Both the position numbers and the translations under genes were made by a program. A DNA stretch of 64,000 nt from Marsupella aquatica. Lineage: Eukaryota; Plantae; Marchantiophyta. The notes under the pieces are model-generated. The model ran no database searches, was not told where the DNA came from, and worked only from the letters and a program-made list of their open reading frames with translations. This document shows positions 9,603 through 19,317 of the stretch, piece after piece; within the stretch, counting starts at the first letter, position 1, and each line of letters opens with the position of its first letter. The DNA lies in contig OZ316897.1 in assembly GCA_973895155.1 (NCBI GenBank), positions 1,514,515 through 1,578,514 of the forward strand, written 5' to 3'.

Positions 9603-11721
9603 TCAGAAGGCCCAACGTACTAATCGGAAGATACCACTCCGATTATCCAATGACACAACACTAGGTTTAAACCTAGTCCTCTCAAATGCAGAGCATGCTC
9701 GTAAATCCACCAACCTCGTTGCTGCTGCATGCCATGTCTCACTAGTAGTAGTAGGTGGCATGGTCTTCACTTCTTCAACACTGCAAGCTCCTTCTGCATG
9801 GGAAGCAACAACTGGAGTGTCCTCACAAAGTGTAGCTGCCAATCTGAACACTTCTGCAGGACCAACTCCCAAGTTCAGCATGTCTGTTGCTGAAAATAAT
9901 GGGGTGCGCACTATGGTAGTAGCCACCCCCAACAAGGTACCTGTTATCCCTACTGCATCACTACCTGATTCTGCCAACTTACCCACGCCAGGGTTTATCC
10001 GAACCGGGTTCATAGAGGTAGTCTGAACTGTCTCTGACAATGTAAAAGACTGAGGAAGCTTTGTCTGCCGACGTGCATCCCCCCTCTGTGGATCTAGCTC
10101 CACTACTGCTCCTCGGGGCTCAAGAGCTTTGGCTGCCCCACGTGTCAAAGCTGCGATGCATCAATATGTGCAGTGCCACACATGAATCCCATGGTGGCAA
10201 GGTCTCCATCAGCTCCATAAGATGTGGAAGGACCATGGGATGTGAAAGGTCCATAGGATGTAGATGCCCCATCACCAGAAGTAGGTCTCACCTGGGAACT
10301 AGCCATGGCAGCTAGCTGTTGCTCCAATTGAGCAATCTTAGCATCCTTTGGATCTATAGTTACAGCAGGGGCAGCGTCACCTCCCTGTCTCCCTACATGT
10401 GGCATGCCACGACCACGTCCACCACCTCTACCTCCTCCTCCTCTTCCCTGATCATGTGTACGGGATCCTCCCCTCCGTAACTCAGGGTGGAGTGAGAAAC
10501 ACCTATCCTTGGTGTGTCCAGGAGCTCCACAATGATCACATTGTCGCTGCTCAGGTGCTGATGCTCCCCCTGATCCTCTATGATCTGGGCAATATCTCTG
10601 TGCATGATCCCACCACAGGTCCAACATCCTGACTGCTGTCCAGCATAAGAGGGCACAGGTCTCTGGCTGGTAGACTCTCGTGCAGTAGGCTTCTCCCTCT
10701 GGCTCTTTCGTGCAGTAGGCTATGGTGTGAATGTAGATGCAGCCTTTGGTGCTTCCTTGGCAAATCCGGAAGTCATCACCTTCTCATTCACCATATTGAG
10801 CTCAATACGCTCAGAAAGGGTAAAAACAACTGCTAATGTGGGATCTGCATCCCTAAGCAGAGTGACATCTCTCACTCTGCGTCGTAATTCTCTATCCAGA
10901 ATTGCATACCAAAACTGGACTGCCTGAGCCTCTGTCACTCCCTTGGTGATAGTGATCAATCTGCGCATACGAGTGTATGCCTCACGTAGACTCTCTCCAG
11001 TCTTGCGCTGGAACTCCTGGAGACCCTTCAACTTATCAGTTCTCACACCCTGATAGTTCTGCTTCAGTACCTCAAAGAATTCCACCATAGGGTTAAATGC
11101 TGGCGCAACTCCAGTTCCTGTCACAATCACACCGGCAGGAGTAGCGGTGGATGCTGCTGGAGTGCTGCTGGTGGATGGTGTGCCACTCTGGCTAGTGCTG
11201 CTAGAAGAAGCAGCAGTTGTGGCAATGGGTTGGGCAGCCGCACTAGTGCCATAGGTGATGGACACGTAATTAGGCGACCAATGCTGCCTCCATGCCTCAA
11301 TCTCAACCAAATGAGTCTTCCAAAACTCATGGTAGTCATCCATGGGTGGCCCCTCCAAATGCTAAAATAATCCCTTCCATGCCATGAAAGGGGTAAACAA
11401 CGTGGCATTACGCAATGTCTGCATATTGCACCACGTATCAAACTCCTAGATGAAGTCATCCAGATCAATCGTGCCAACTGCACCAGAGTATCGTCGTGGG
11501 CCCTTTGTAGCCCCGTATATCTCTTCCATATCCCACAACAAAGGTGCAATCACCTGATGGCGAGGAGAATTGGTCACAGAGTCTTCATCAAAATCACTAT
11601 CTGAAGCTGTGCTGTTGACTGCTACCAATGTCGCTGGCCAAAACTGCGCCCCACTCCGAGTGAAACCGGTCCATCGTCCATTGGGTAACCCAACAGTACC
11701 AGAAGAATCCGTGGTGACCAA
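9603..11721 (-). pseudogene. Gypsy gag (frameshifted) with CCHC zinc knuckle
   Basis: Gag motif FQRKTGESLREAYTRMRRL, knuckle CDHCGAPGHTKDRC and an RGG tract, spread over several frames. Confidence 0.85.
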
Positions 11722-12387
11722 CCTAACCTAATCTATATGCTAACCCTAAGGGCAATCTGTCCCTGTCAGCAACACAAGCACTCACCATGGTGTGTTGGGC
11801 ATCACTCTAACATCACGAGGAGAGAAATACGTAGCACAACTAGAATGTCCGGTTGCAAACCCGGATCACTCCTATAGAATCAAGCGCCCACGCCAAACCA
11901 ACATGGCGCATAACAGGAAGCATGGGTGGAGAGGATCCAACAACAAGAAGAGGATTTACCACAACTCTCCACACCAATCAATCAGAAATACATGAAAATG
12001 TTCATATAGTTCAATGTAGGGCCTTCATAATAGGCCTCAAGAATCCCGCGTCAAATATTCAAGAATCCATCGCAAACTAGCTCAAACAGAGTATCTAGAT
12101 GAATTCAAAAGTGCATAAAACCCCTAGGGCCTCATTCCTTGGACATCAAGTGTGGAAGGAAGCATGTACAATGCACCACATAGGAACTTGCTAGTTAAGC
12201 GCATGAGGGGAGGAATAGCTTTGGGATGGGTGGCCTCTCACTTGTAATTATGCACCAAATCTGCCACTCCAAAATGGCAGCACTTGCAATTCTTCTCACG
12301 TTTCAGCAAGCTGGCTTGCTGGCCCGTCCGCTCCTGCTCCGCCCTCATGCCCCTCGTCCCAAGTAACCGCGAGTTGCCTCGAAGCCT

Positions 12388-12686
12388 CGGCCCAACAGAT
12401 CTGCATACAATGACAATGCAGGCTCAATCTACCAACATCCGCGGCTGTTTCCCTTGCGAAAACAACAGATCGGCCCAACAGATCTGCATACGATGACAAT
12501 GCAGGCCCGATCTACCAACATCCACGGCTGTTTCCCTTGCAAAAACAACAGATCGGCCCAACAGATCTGCATACGATGATAATGCAGGCCCGATCTACAA
12601 ACATTCGCGGTTGTTTCCCTTGCGAAAACAACAGATCGGCCCAACAGATCTGCATACGATGACAATGCAGGCCCGATCTACCAACT
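12388..12686. repeat. 83-bp tandem repeat (about 3.6 units) in Gypsy 5' UTR
   Basis: CGGCCCAACAGATCTGCATAC recurs at 12388, 12471, 12554 and 12637. Confidence 0.95.
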
Positions 12687-12841
12687 ATAGCGAATCAAAA
12701 TACCGGCGATCCACTCCACGATCCGAGGTACCACGGATCAACACAACAGCTCCACAGCTCCAATCGATTCGATCTATCGCAAATCATCAACGACAAACTC
12801 AGACTGAGCTTCTGTTCGCACAACAGAGTTTGAAGCTCCTG

Positions 12842-12853
12842 ATCTTTCAATGT
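12842..12853 (-). promoter_or_regulatory. Candidate self-priming primer-binding site
   Basis: ATCTTTCAATGT (12842-12853) is the exact reverse complement of ACATTGAAAGAT (13032-13043) inside the LTR. No TGG tRNA PBS follows the LTR. Confidence 0.65.
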
Positions 12854-13182
12854 AATCTCAATACAATCGGCACAACGATCCCGGTCAACAATACCCCATC
12901 GATCCCGCACCGATCCGATCACACACGTATGTCAAGCCAACGCACCTTGCACTACTCAAGGAATCCACGTTACACAAGCGGAGCTCACAGCCACCATAGC
13001 CACACTCAAGCTCCTCTCTCTCCAAGGCTCAACATTGAAAGATGACCTTTCAATGCCTCAGAAGTGAGAAGTACCCTCTCACACAAACCTGACAGAACCT
13101 TATCGGCTCCAATAGCACTCATACCAAATGTACATACTCTAATAGCACGATATACTACTACACTACTCAGAATGGTGTGACA
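12853..13182 (-). repeat. LTR half A, copy A1 (5' terminus of element)
   Basis: Repeat of 3968-4297. The minus strand starts TGTCACACC and runs to GAGATTA-CA. Confidence 0.95.
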
Positions 13183-13707
13183 TACAATTGCTCCACCAAC
13201 ACCTCAATTTTAATTGTGGCTATGATTCACCAAAGGAGATCTGCAACAACATTTCATGCATTTGAATCACGTACAATAGTCGTGACATGTAAAACAGGCA
13301 TTCTTCAAAGAGGATTGGTATGAAGCAGTGTCATAAGGGTTTAAATTCATACATCCTAAATAGGCTATGATAGTGGCTGAGACAAATAAGTCAGGCATAA
13401 ATCACATTTTACAGGTTATCACATGGCCCATTAATTCATTGAACGTTGCAATGTTGACCAGGTTAAAGCAGTCATGAAAGCAGTCTTTCAATAGAGACTT
13501 TTAAGCGAGTTTGTTAGCCTCTTAAATTAGGATATTTTGCTTAGTGCAGGCATAATAGGATAAGTTATGTACTGATGACCCTAAACCCTGGACCCAAAAT
13601 TGCTCATACATCAAAATTTTAAGTAAATATCCTCTATGTTGAAATCAGAGAGTTAAGCTATAGGTCAATGGTATCTGGTCTGTGCATGCGGTGTGACAAG
13701 TGGTCCT

Positions 13708-14157
13708 CTAGAGCATGTGATCCAAACATGTGTAGACACCAAAGTCACCGGTGGTGGGGTCTGGGAGGGCAGGACAAGTAACATCACCAGGCACACTACA
13801 GGATGGCGAGTGGTTCCAGATGATACATTGTGCTCTGTGCAAAAATTGGCATCCAAGAGAACGGTCATCCAATTCTGAGCCAGAAGCCCTACAGGCAGGA
13901 CAGTCATATTGGCAACTGTGCACACACCCTTAGCACCTAATTTGTGGCGGGTCATGTACAAGAGACACAAATACCAAGGATGTCGGGAAGGGTACTGAAG
14001 TAGGTAGAGGCCGGCTGTAGTTGTTCCTGGAAACAACAGGGTACTCAAAGTACCATGCAGATTGGGCTGGAAGGATCCCAAGTCTGACATACTCAAGGTG
14101 CAACATCTCTGCCTTGCGTGCAAGCCGCACATGTTCAGCGTTGCGGGTCCTCACCAT
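13708..14157 (-). pseudogene. Cys/His-rich ORF of unknown function (CACTA cargo)
   Basis: The MVRTRNAEH... and CVHSCQYDCPAC...GCQFLHRAQC..WNHSPSC ORFs share one frame. The TAA at 13930 is CAA in the paralog (30096-30527), which has a different stop. Confidence 0.6.
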
Positions 14158-14851
14158 AAGTGTTGCTTTTCTTGTGATGTCCTCTGTTCACGTCCTTTGA
14201 TGAGCAAGGTGAGCAAGAGGTCGACTTCCCTCGCCAACAGCAACCAACCTAAACTAATCAGTTTCCATTCACTGTCTTGGTTCCAACTAGAGGTCATAGT
14301 ATACACATAGCATGAAACGTGCAAAGTACATATTTGATTCTGAGTTTATGAGTTTCCTAAGACAAAGAGCTTGGTGATAAACCCATGATCTCGACGGACA
14401 TGTATATCAATCATATTAAGATCCTATTTTTTCATCCAGAAAGATTGAAAGTCTCACCTTGCAGGTTGCACTAGAGAGAAAATTCACTGGCTGTCGTGTT
14501 GTGCAAGTGAACCTCCACTGATGCCCCCGGTGTAGCCCCTCAGATGCAGGTGACACTTACCAACTCCCAAGTTGCCTGGTCTAACAGAAAATGCTTATAT
14601 CTTTAGAACTTTATAGAGCAAGTACATGATCACATGGACAACACACTAGCATGAAGTGCTTTCAACCAATCCACTGCCAAACGGAACTCTTACACAGTCA
14701 CATTCTTTTAGTAAACAGAAACTCAGTCAAACTTCAGAATCAAAGTACAGACTTTGAAGGACCAAAGGAGGATGTTGTGAGTTTCTCTGTTGTTTAATGT
14801 GTTACCCTTCTAGTTTTGAAGTTAGCAAATGCTGAATAATGTGTCTACCAG

Positions 14852-15197
14852 ATCTTTGAAAAGAAGCCCACCACAATTAAGAACTTCGGTATTTGGGTCC
14901 ACGTATCAGAGTTGTACAGGTTATCACAACATGTACTGTAAGGAATATCGTGATACCACGTTGAACGGAGCTGTAGAGCAGATGTATGATGAGATGGCTT
15001 CTTGTCATAGAGTTCGGTTCCCTGGCGTCCAGATCATGAAGACTACGACAGTCCCTGTCTCTCTGTGCAAGCGAGAAAGTACCAAGCAGTTCTATGATTC
15101 AAAGATCAAGTTCCCCTTGACGTACTGCAAGATTCAACCTCCATCGCGAAAGCTAAAGACGACTTACAAGGCCACCAAGCCCAACACAATTGTTTGA
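14852..15197 (+). pseudogene. RPL18A: 60S ribosomal protein L18a (eL20) last-exon fragment
   Basis: After an AG acceptor: [15 protein letters not shown]...[34 protein letters not shown]...[17 protein letters not shown]...[11 protein letters not shown]. Small indels present. Confidence 0.9.
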
Positions 15198-16133
15198 GTA
15201 GTGCGGGTGCAGGTTCCCAACTTTGAATCCTGGAGTTTATGTATTGAGTTTCTAGGTCAAGATGCTTAATATAGGGAAATATCAATCTATTCATTAAAAG
15301 TGAATTATTATTCAATTTATGAACATTTGGGTAACAGAAAGTGTACATTTGGCCTTCAAAAAGTGTACAATTAGGCAAGAAACAAAGTTCATTACCATCA
15401 GATGTACCACCATGTTCATCATTTGTAAATGAACTAGGATGAGACTCCTTCTAGTCAAGATCATTTTTGTTATCTCAAGTTTCCAATTGATCATTTAGGT
15501 GTAGAGTATTATACCATAGTGTACCTTTTGGGTTTAAAAAGTGTACATTTAGAGACCAAAAAGTGAACATTTAGAGACCCAAAAGTGAACAAAATAAAAT
15601 ACACTTTTAATGAATAGGGTGATAAATTCAATTATCACTTCGTTCCCAACTTCTATTAATTGAATATACACAAGCTGGAAGCAAGAAGACAAGCCACAAT
15701 GTAGCATCTTAGCCAAACACAAACGTCTTGACAAAGCAAAACTCAGCTGGACAGAAGTCACTCAGATCCACAAAAATTTGAAGATTCACCTCCAAGCCGA
15801 AGGCCGATCACTTTAGTACAGCAGCTTCTGGACGGAACAAACTCTGCTCAGCCCCACAGAAACACAAATGTTAAGGCTCCAAGTCAGAGCTCACAAACAG
15901 AAACTCAGATAAATAACATTCATTATCTGTCCAGGTTTGTGCAAAGTGTACATATTCATTCTTCTGGAATGAACACGCAATGATCCATGTCCTACTTGAA
16001 GGCAAAACAGACAAAAATAGACCTAACCCACTAACCAAGTAGTGTTTGACCATAGGGACAACAAATTGAAATAGAGAGAAGGCTGGCAGCCCAAGCCGGT
16101 AGTCTTCCATAGGGGAGAGAGTACGATCAAGAT

Positions 16134-16320
16134 ATCAGGTGGTCGGTCGCGCCCTACTAATGAAACTCCCAAGATTTATCAGATGAAGCTCTTTTCAACG
16201 AATGAGTTTCAAAGTTACCAAATGCCTGAACTCACTATATCAAGCAATTCCATGATTCGAAGATCAAGTTCCCCTTGACGTACCGCAAGATTCAACCTCC
16301 ATTGCAAAAGCAGAAGACGA
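16134..16320 (+). pseudogene. RPL18A: Second scrambled RPL18a fragment (N-terminal piece fused to C-terminal piece)
   Basis: YQVVGRAL..ETPKIYQMKLFSTNE followed by [20 protein letters not shown]. Confidence 0.75.
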
Positions 16321-17469
16321 TTCGAGGATGGCTAGTAGTGAAGAATGGTAAGGTGCATTGCAGCAACAAAGGAATTGTGATAGAGAAATCTATGAAAAAA
16401 GCTGTGCGTGATGTTGTAGCAGGGAGAGACAGGATTGAGGGTTTTTACTCTGTTGTTGAGAGGAATATAGAGACATTTGGGTTCAGAGAAGTGTAATGGC
16501 AGGGTACAGAACTGGCAGCAGAGATTGACGGTGTGGGTTATCATTTTTGTTGATGAGGGAAAAAATAAAAATAGGCAATTATGTGTGTTGTGCTCGAGGC
16601 TAAACAGAGATGTGCGGAAGATGGACTCGGGCATGACAAGAAACAATGAGTGATGGCAGTGAAAGGAGATTATATGTTGGCACTACGGAGGAGGAAATCA
16701 AATATTGGGAAACTGAGGTCGAGGAGCGACGAAGTTTAACGGCTGAAGTGGGGAAAGAATAGTATTGGGCACTGCCTTATGAGAAGTTGAGGAGTTGGAG
16801 TTACCTTTAACTGAAACGCAAGAAGATGATTTCAGCTCCAATGAGACCGATGTTGATAGGGAAGGTAACTATGGTATGAGAAGTGAGGGAGTGATTGACA
16901 CACTGATGAAACAGTGGACCCGGCCTAAACCCACAGCACAGTCGCGAAACCTAGCAATGTCTCCGCTGCAACGTTTTGTGCTCGCAATAAGCAGCGGAGA
17001 CAAGATCTTTTTCAAAGCTCGATAGGATTCACTTGAAGGCCCAAGCCTGACGATGTTTGGCTCTTCCTTCTCGCTCACCAAATGCCGACACATAGGGCGC
17101 GCAACCACCATGGGGCTCAAGATGTTTGCTCAATAAGAGCTTATAAGAAAAGGAATGAAAGGGTCTTACCTTGTGAGGGTTTAATCAACTTTGCGCTCGA
17201 TGATTGGATATATGTTGATAGCGTGCCCAAGGTTGTAGATTAGTAACGCGTTTGCAATCCCTTCCACCTCACCAGCTGCAGCCCACAGTCACAGTCATTT
17301 TCAGACAAATTTGCGCTGCTGAAACTTTGAAGGAACCTAAGTAAAAAGAAACTTTGGCAACACCAGTCAAGTCACTGCGTCTTACCAACATTTACAACAA
17401 ATGAAGGTCATAGGTCCCTAAAACCTGCCACTCCGCTACTCGGATGATGCAAAGGCAGACTCCCTCAAT

Positions 17470-18440
17470 GTTCACCCAAAATGGAACGAAACAAACCTGA
17501 GAAGATGTGGCAGCAGAAGAAGTGGCAGCAGAAGACAAATCAGACAAGCATGAAGACATATCCAGAATGACGAGCAACGACTTACACAACAGGTCCGAAC
17601 CATGTTCACCCAAAATGGAACAAATCAAACCTCACCTCCCAATCCCATAAGCCCCGCGGGGACTGGCGCACCAGTGTCACTGCCACTAGCCCTCACATAT
17701 GAGCTGTTGTTCCGCGAGAAAAGCCAAGAGTAGAACTAATCGCACCAGTAGTGGCAGCAAAAGACAAATCAGACGAGCAATGAAGACCCTGACAACAATG
17801 ACATATCCTAGGATTGAGCAACAACTTATGCAACAATGCCAAACCTTGTTCACCCAAAATGGAACAAATCGAACCTCACCTCCCAATCCCATAAGCCCCG
17901 CGGGGACTGGCGCACCAGTGTCACTGCCACTATCGCTCACATCTGAGCTCTTGTTTCTGCGAGAAAAGCCAAGAGTAGAACTAGTTGCACCAGTAGTGGC
18001 AGCAGAAGACGAACCTTGATCAAGCGTTGCTGCTGCGCCTGCACGCCATTGCCATCTCTAGAGCTCTCTTCTCACCTGACAAAATCAATCACCATTTGTT
18101 TTCAAGCTGGATATTGGAATCTGCATCTTTCATCCGAGGCTTTCGATCATCTGCTCTGGTCCAAAGCTCCCAAACTCGAAGACTGAGTCATTATGGGTGG
18201 CAAATGAATGAATGGGCTCAAACAAAACAAAACAAGGAATAGGGTTGTGGTATGCATTGGACAACCGTCAATGAGTGAGGAAGTTTTAGTTTGCGCGAGA
18301 AAAGCCAAGAGTAGAACTGCTCGCACTGGTACTGGCAGTAGAAGACGAATCAGACGAGCATGAAGACAACAATGACATATCCAGACGACGAGTAGCGACT
18401 TATGCAATAGAGTCAAACCTTGATCAAGCGCTGCTGCTGT
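17470..18440. repeat. Imperfect tandem/dispersed repeats inside CACTA copy 1
   Basis: TGTTCACCCAAAATGGAAC, CCCAATCCCATAAGCCCCGCGGGGACTGGCGCACC and GCGAGAAAAGCCAAGAGTAGAACT each recur 2-3 times. Confidence 0.8.
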
Positions 18441-19248
18441 GCTTGCACACCATCGCCAAAACCTTCAGGCACGACAAATGTCCCCATTTGCAGGTTTCAC
18501 TAGCAAGTTTTTCTGAAGCAGCATCTCCAAGTTCCCGCCACCATTCGATGATCAAAGGCACTCTGCTGGCGTGTTTCACAAAACCCGCGCACCCTAAACT
18601 CGTGTCGAAAGGCACACTCATGCATACCTTAACACTTAATTAGTGACACTTACACCTTAACACTGAGTGACACTTAGTGAACTGAACCCAATGAGCCTCG
18701 ACCACTTTGCGTGCAATGGCCGTTAAGACGCATGTTAGTACCCTAAAGGAAATTGGACACGGGACTTTGTGAGCAAAGATTAAATGAACGCAACTGTAAA
18801 CCCTTAGAAAGCAACTATAAATTAACCCTTACACATGCCACTTAGGGAGGGTGGACAAAGAATGGGGGCCAGACACTTTAGCCCTGAATTGGAACTGATG
18901 CCACCCCAATGATGTCACCCCAACCCACCCACCCCCATTCCTTCTATGTGAACCTAGTGCTTCCGACTCCGCAAGTTGCAAGTCAAGGGTTGTAAATGGA
19001 ACCTTTCGTGATGTCTAGAGTGCATGTACAACTTCCTACACTCTATTTCATAATGCCGTAATGGAGAGTAGCTTATTCAACTCACATATGACTCACCTAT
19101 TAGTGTTACAATTGCTACTTTATCATAAGTTGTAGGAATGACTTTCACAAATATCCCCCAAAAATCAGTTGAAAAAATGTAACAAACATGACTCCCCTAA
19201 ACTTGGAGTCATGTATTTTTGAAAGTCTCCCGGAAGTCACAAAGCATA

Positions 19249-19290
19249 GGGTCTCAAAAGGGGTAGTTTTCTTCTAGTTTTCTTCTAGGG
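19249..19290 (-). repeat. Degenerate CACTA terminal inverted repeat
   Basis: GGGTCTCAAAAGGGGTAGTTTTCTTCTAGT plus a duplicated TTTCTTCTAGGG. Subterminal sequence resembles 35902-36060 inverted. Confidence 0.65.
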
Positions 19291-19317
19291 ATTCATCCGA
19301 TTACCATGGCGGTTAAT

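Larger units (their letters stand above)
3831..13182 (-). mobile_element. Ty3/Gypsy LTR retrotransposon encoding gag-PR-DNMT-RT-RH-IN-PHD with permuted (split) LTRs
   Basis: Gypsy domain order. Termini TGTC...GACA. TACA TSD at 3827-3830 and 13183-13186. The empty site (reverse complement CCCCTAGTACAATTGCTCC) is present in the paralogous cassette at about 31058-31076. Confidence 0.95.
1..19290 (-). mobile_element. CACTA/EnSpm DNA transposon copy 1 (cargo-bearing; runs off the left edge; contains nested Gypsy)
   Basis: Transposase N-terminus at 1-446 (-). Degenerate terminus at 19249-19290 whose reverse complement (ACTAGAAGAAAACTACCCCTTTTGAGACCC) matches the CACTA terminus at 35902. That this terminus belongs to the same copy is inferred. 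Confidence 0.65.

Noticed and set aside
12388-12686. CRISPR-like array
   Set aside because: The units are contiguous near-identical 83-mers with no unique spacers, there are no cas genes, and the context is eukaryotic.
3831-13182. DIRS/Ngaro tyrosine-recombinase element, suggested by the split repeats and an MTase
   Set aside because: It encodes an aspartic protease and an HHCC/DDE integrase, has a TSD and shows no YR motifs. The MTase is C5-type.
13577-13590. Interstitial telomere (CCCTAAACCCT)
   Set aside because: Only about 1.5 units; too short to call.
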